Shown here one piece after another: positions 63,301 to 64,000 of a stretch of 64,000 nt of DNA. The notes beneath the pieces were generated by a model, which was not told the DNA's origin, made no database searches, and saw nothing but the letters and a program-made list of their open reading frames with translations. The position numbers and the translations under genes were made by a program. Position 1 is the stretch's first letter. Each line of letters starts with the position of its first letter. Origin of the DNA: Ptychomitrium polyphyllum (lineage: Eukaryota); assembly GCA_973851085.1 (NCBI GenBank), contig OZ316775.1, positions 248,001 to 312,000 of the forward strand, in the 5' to 3' direction.

Positions 63301-64000
63301 TCATTTTCATGAGACGTTTTGAAATATAAATGTAAAAAATTCAAAAGCTTTTATTCATGTAAATTTATAAGGTTTATATTAATTAATACCATTTAAATAA
63401 ATAAATACTATGCATTAAAAAAATTCACTTCATTAGTGGAAAATGGAAGAATATGTAACAAAAATGTTGAAATTGTAGTGATGCAATGTTATTGGAATAT
63501 GTGTAGCATTGTCATTAAAAAGAGTTAATAATTAGATTTTGATGGTAGAAAGGAAGGTAAAGTGGAATGCAAATATAATAGAGGTAGAAGAAAGGAAAAA
63601 GGAAGTAAGATGTATTGAATTATTGGGCAAACAAAATAAGAAAGGATTATTAAAGGCTAAGTTAGTGGATGGAAGACAATGAAGTTGAGCATTGGCAAAG
63701 TGGAATGGAGTGGTGGCAGGAGCAAAGTAGGATGCATTTGCAATTTGGATGAAAAAATAATAAAGCCAATATGTACATGGCATGGCATAATATGGAACAT
63801 GGACCATGTTGATTTAAATTAATTAGTTAATTGAAGACCTCCATATTATAACTGCAAAATTATATTTATTACATCATGTATACTACACCTCTTTTATATG
63901 CACAATATAATAGATTAAGGGTGACAAAAGTACATTCTATTAAAGTTCATTTGATTTTTTTTCCATAAAATTTTAAACTTTGACATTTTGACGATTCCTT

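Noticed and set aside
61651..63807. Short ORFs at the end of the window
   Set aside because: No motifs or supportable exon structure; AT-rich intergenic or decayed repeat DNA.

Overview
Land-plant genomic window, most consistent with a moss (inferred from GC-rich exons, many short GT-AG introns, very AT-rich intergenic DNA and a Tcn1-type chromovirus). It holds five intron-containing host genes: plant eIF4B (+), CAND1 (-), a MES11/13-like alpha/beta-hydrolase whose nucleophile Ser is replaced by Asn (+), an RRM nucleolar protein of the NIFK/Nop15 type (-), and an Apple/PAN-like domain membrane protein (-). A 15.7-kb nested retrotransposon locus spans 38767-54447. The highlight is the outer, decayed Ty3/Gypsy element (+). 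Its polyprotein reads gag(2x zinc knuckle)-protease-DNA cytosine-5 METHYLTRANSFERASE-RT-RNaseH-integrase-PHD FINGER. Its ends are split direct repeats (A...B-A-B) rather than two canonical LTRs. A chromodomain-bearing Gypsy (-) with a Tf1-like self-priming PBS has inserted exactly into motif X of that methyltransferase. A second, older gag relic related to the outer element lies at about 7.1-8.1 kb. All protein assignments come from manual translation and motif recognition; no database searches were run.
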